Shown: in pieces, positions 57,596 through 64,000 of the stretch
Layout: every line of letters starts with the position of its first letter
Numbering within the stretch: the stretch's first letter is position 1
Assembly: GCF_009914755.1 (NCBI RefSeq)
Contig: NC_060947.1
Strand: one strand, 5' to 3'
Source: the human T2T-CHM13v2.0 reference genome, Homo sapiens
DNA: 64,000 bases
The notes under the pieces: generated by a model
The model's input: only the letters and a program-made list of their open reading frames with translations
Told to the model about the DNA's origin: nothing
The model's database searches: none
Translations under genes and position numbers: made by a program

Positions 57596-58479
57596 CTTTG
57601 ATCATACCATTTTCCATCCCTGTGAGCAATGTACAAAAACACATGCTTTTTTTCACTCCCTCATGAACTAAGTGAATTAACAAACCTATGAATATTTGAC
57701 AATCTAATAGGTGAAGAATGATACTTAGTGTAGTTTTAACTATATCTCTCTTACTAGAACCAAGTTTGAGTTTCTTTGCATTTTCTTCCGTTAACTGTTT
57801 ATGTTTCTTACAAGTCTTTGATAGGGTTGTTGTTTTTTAGTGGCTTTATATTTACAAGCTTTTATATAGAATGGATAGCAACACTTTCTTAGAAATATTA
57901 GTTGGGAATATTTTAGATGTCTTTTAGTTGTATACCATGTTTTTTGTCACACAGTGTTGCTGTTTTTATTTTAATGTTGTTAAATGTATCAATCTTTTTT
58001 CCTTAATACACCTGGATTTTGAGTCATAGTTGTGAAAGTGTTCTTCACTTCCTCATGATAGAGGAATTCACCCATGTTTTTTCCTAATACTTGTATACAT
58101 TCATGTTTTACATTAAAATCTGCACCCTTTGGAATTTATTCTGATGTAAAATGAATCCCTTTTTGCCTTTATAACTATTTGGTTTGCTAGCTGTCAGAAT
58201 ACCACTTCTAAAATCATCAATCATATCTTCAGTGATTTGAAATGCTGCCTTAATCACATGCTATTAACAAATTTCCAAATATAATACAATATAAATACTA
58301 TATCAGTATTTTCTCTATTTTATTAGCTTTTTCTGTCTATTTATGAGCCAGTGTCATACTTGTATATTGCACATACTTTATTATATGCATTAGTACCTAG
58401 TAGGACTCCCTCCCTTCACTCTTTCTTCTTTTGCAGGGTTTATCTGACTAGTCTTGCTGTTTATTAAGCCAAATAAATT

Positions 58480-59869
<1,390 letters not shown>

Positions 59870-60464
59870 CTAAAAAAAGAGAGCAAATAAAACCAACAAT
59901 CCAGTGTAATACCTAGTAAAGTTTTATATATATGTAAAGTTATATAAATAATTTTATATTTATGTTACATGTATAAACAATACAACAGAACTGAGTCAAA
60001 TATTCAAAACCTATACAGAATGCAAAACTAGACTTGGACAAACAAAAAAACATGATGTTCCGGAGTAAGAACACTCAATTTCATAGAGATGCCAATTTCC
60101 CCAAGTTAATTTATTAACTTAATGTAATCTAAATTAAATGCCATTAGCTTTTTTGTGATTTAGACAAGTAGATTATCAAATTTATGTGATATATATTTCA
60201 TAAATATGTATGTATCTATATATATTTGTCTATATGTATATTTGTACATATAGTGTATAGAACCCCATTCCTGCTTCTAAGTAGATGTGTTACTGTAGAG
60301 TAATGATATTTCCTTCTTGAGGCTGACCTTGAACATTTGTATAATGGACATATTGATACTTGCCTCATGGAACCATTATAAGGAGAAGAAAAAACCTACA
60401 GAAAGTTTCATACATCTGTATATCCATCTACATAGATAGATAGATAGACTTTCTTTGTGTTCTC

Positions 60465-61235
<771 letters not shown>

Positions 61236-61686
61236 CTGCTCTTTAGTTTTTGGTTTCTTATTTTCTTCTTCTATTTTACATTTTGATATTGCAAAGAATG
61301 GGGGACAGTATTGAATAACAGCATTTAAGGAACATTTGCTATACAACAGACTGAAATCAGATGACTCTGGTCTCCAGTACTAGATCCTTCCTTGTCCATA
61401 GCACCATGACGAGTCACTTCCCCTGAGCTGGCCTCAGCCCTACACAGAAAACGATTGTGTATCCCAGTGGTTAGGCATGGGGACTTGGGAGTCAGATAGA
61501 GCTCAGTATAAACTTCGGATCATTTAATAACTGGTTTTATGCTGTCTGGCAAATGTTGAGTGTCAAGATATGTGAGACCCATATACAATGAATATACATG
61601 ATATATGCACACATGGAGGCATATAATGAGAGGAACACACACACGATACATTTTTTGAGGTACTGAGAGGTAGAGTTGCTTCTTAA

Positions 61687-62400
<714 letters not shown>

Positions 62401-62431
62401 CATAAATATATTTTTTAATGTACTCTATATT

Positions 62432-63130
62432 ATGATGTTTTAATATCTTAAAACATTTCTGGCTGGGAAGAGACTGCTCCTCCAGGGGTTAGCCAATTCT
62501 TAGTGATAGCAAAGGGCCCTGCCAGGAGCATACCTTTGATATGCAAACTAACCAATTCAGAGCCACACATCCTCTGTCTGACCCATATACTCCAGAAGGC
62601 TATATTCCTCTGCCTTAATCATCCCAGGGCCAGGTACTAGAAAACTAGGGACCACTTCTGTGGCACAGAGCTCACCAAAATTATTCAAGCTAGCCAATTT
62701 TTTTTTATCTTCCCCAATTTAAACCTTTTAATTTAAAAGTAAACTTTACTGTCGAAAATGCAGACTTGGGGAGGGCAGAAAGATCACACACGGGCTGCCA
62801 CTTCCACTTCACACCTGGAGGGTTGCACGGCGGCCGGGCAAAGGCGCTCCTCACTTCCCAGACGGTGGGGCAGCCGGCCCAAGCTAGTCAATTTTTAATT
62901 GTTCACCTTGCCCTGCCTTGCTTTTCCTATGATAATTCCAATGAAAGCAGTGGCCTAAACCTACCCCTAATCCTGACCACCCCTGCGTCCTTCCCATGTG
63001 GCTGTGAGTGATGTGCTGTGCCTCCTGCATCTAGGACCTGTGAGTAAAACTATATTTTTTCCTAAACCTCTCCTGCGTCTCCTCTTGTGGCTGTACCTAA
63101 TTGATGATCTCATAAAAGAATACAAAACAC
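62432..63130 (+). mobile_element. MER31/MER39-like ERV1 LTR
   Basis: gttagccaattcttagtgatagcaaaggg and tgcaaactaaccaattcagagcc motifs; subfamily uncertain. Confidence 0.6.
62698..62879 (-). mobile_element. SVA2-like short retroposon (VNTR end, unique 3' tail, polyA)
   Basis: SVA-type VNTR unit gcgctcctcacttcccagacgg; tail gtgtgatctttctgccctccccaagtctgcattttcgac on the minus strand; TSD caagctag(c/t)caatttt. Confidence 0.75.
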
Positions 63131-63261
63131 TATGTTTTGGATACATCTCTGATGTTTTAAGGCATGAAGCGTGTGATAATTTGTTGTGGTGACGCTAAGC
63201 AAGTAACACACTCACTAACAACATACCCTAAATGTCATTAACTGTGAGTAAACATCATTCT

Positions 63262-63556
63262 TTTTTTTTTTTTTTTTTTGAGATACATTCTCGCTCTGTC
63301 ACCCAGAGTGCAGTGACAGGATCTCGGCTCACTGCAGCCTCTGCCTCCCAGTCTCAAGTGATCCTCCCACCTCAGCCTCCTGAGTAGTTGGGAATGCAGG
63401 TGCATGCCACCATGCCTGGCTAACTTTTTGTAGTTTTGGTAGAGATGGGTTTCTCCATGTTGCCCAGGCTGGTCTTGAACTCCTGAACTCAAGCGATCCA
63501 CGTGCCTCGTCGTCCCAACGTGCTGGGATTACGGGTGTAAGCCACTGTGCCCAGCC
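63262..63556 (-). mobile_element. AluJ
   Basis: Antisense dimer with poly-T. Confidence 0.88.
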
Positions 63557-63564
63557 TTAAACAT

Positions 63565-63925
63565 TGACACAGGAGAGTTCCCTGGACCCCCTCAGAGGGC
63601 GTGCAACAGAGGTGTGGCTCTCTGTTCCGCCACTGACAGCGCAAACCCTTTATGGGAAGGGGAGCATTCAGGCACTCCTTCTCTTGTCTCCTTCTCTGCT
63701 GCACCATTCTGCCATTCCTCTGCCCATTTAATTCTGGAGCCTGGGGTTCAGGATTTATAGGGGTACAGGATACTGGGCCGTGGCAGGCCAAAAGGCAACT
63801 TTTGGGGTGCAAAAACAGGAATGTGTGTTCTCATATAGGGCCACAGGTGTCTGGCTCGAGGTTGGTGCCTTTGCCGGGGAACTGCCCTCTTCTACCCAGT
63901 ATATCCCTGTCTCCTGTCATTATCA
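63565..63925 (-). mobile_element. Internally deleted MER52-like ERV1 LTR
   Basis: TG..CA termini, 4-bp TSD acat, caggccaaaaggcaactttt motif. Confidence 0.65.
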
Positions 63926-64000
63926 ACATCAGTCTTTATCTTATTTTTTCATGCTTCTGAGTACAATAATGCCAATAAAAATACATATAAAGGGAAAAAT

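Overview
Primate, human-like, repeat-dense genomic DNA; I found no intact conventional protein-coding gene. Most of the window is transposable elements: more than 50 Alus, a full-length but inactivated L1PA4-like element (22460-28595), old L1M pieces, a cluster of ERV LTRs (MER11, MER50, LTR8, MER4, LTR17/HERV-W, LTR12, LTR14-like), MaLR/ERVL and DNA-transposon relics, 5S and Y4 RNA retro-fragments and an SVA2-like insertion. The main observation concerns the non-repeat islands. About 25 of them can be read as a decayed hydrophobic signal peptide followed, with no intron, by a six-cysteine beta-defensin-like motif. The best cases are 12503-12699, 31923-32086, 43231-44545 (rejoined across an Alu/MST insertion), 49348-49545 and 14020-14240. 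The relics lie on both strands and are partly related by an ancient inverted duplication (about 5830-11936 vs 48937-52215) and a direct duplication (31735-32086 vs 60275-61235). I interpret this as a fossil cluster of compact, single-coding-exon defensin-like genes. All readings were made by eye and most need stop or frameshift repair, so the weaker ones may be chance matches. The locus and the repeat subfamilies could not be checked against a database. In translations, [x] marks a non-Cys residue at an expected Cys position, [M] a degenerate start, * a stop and / a frameshift.
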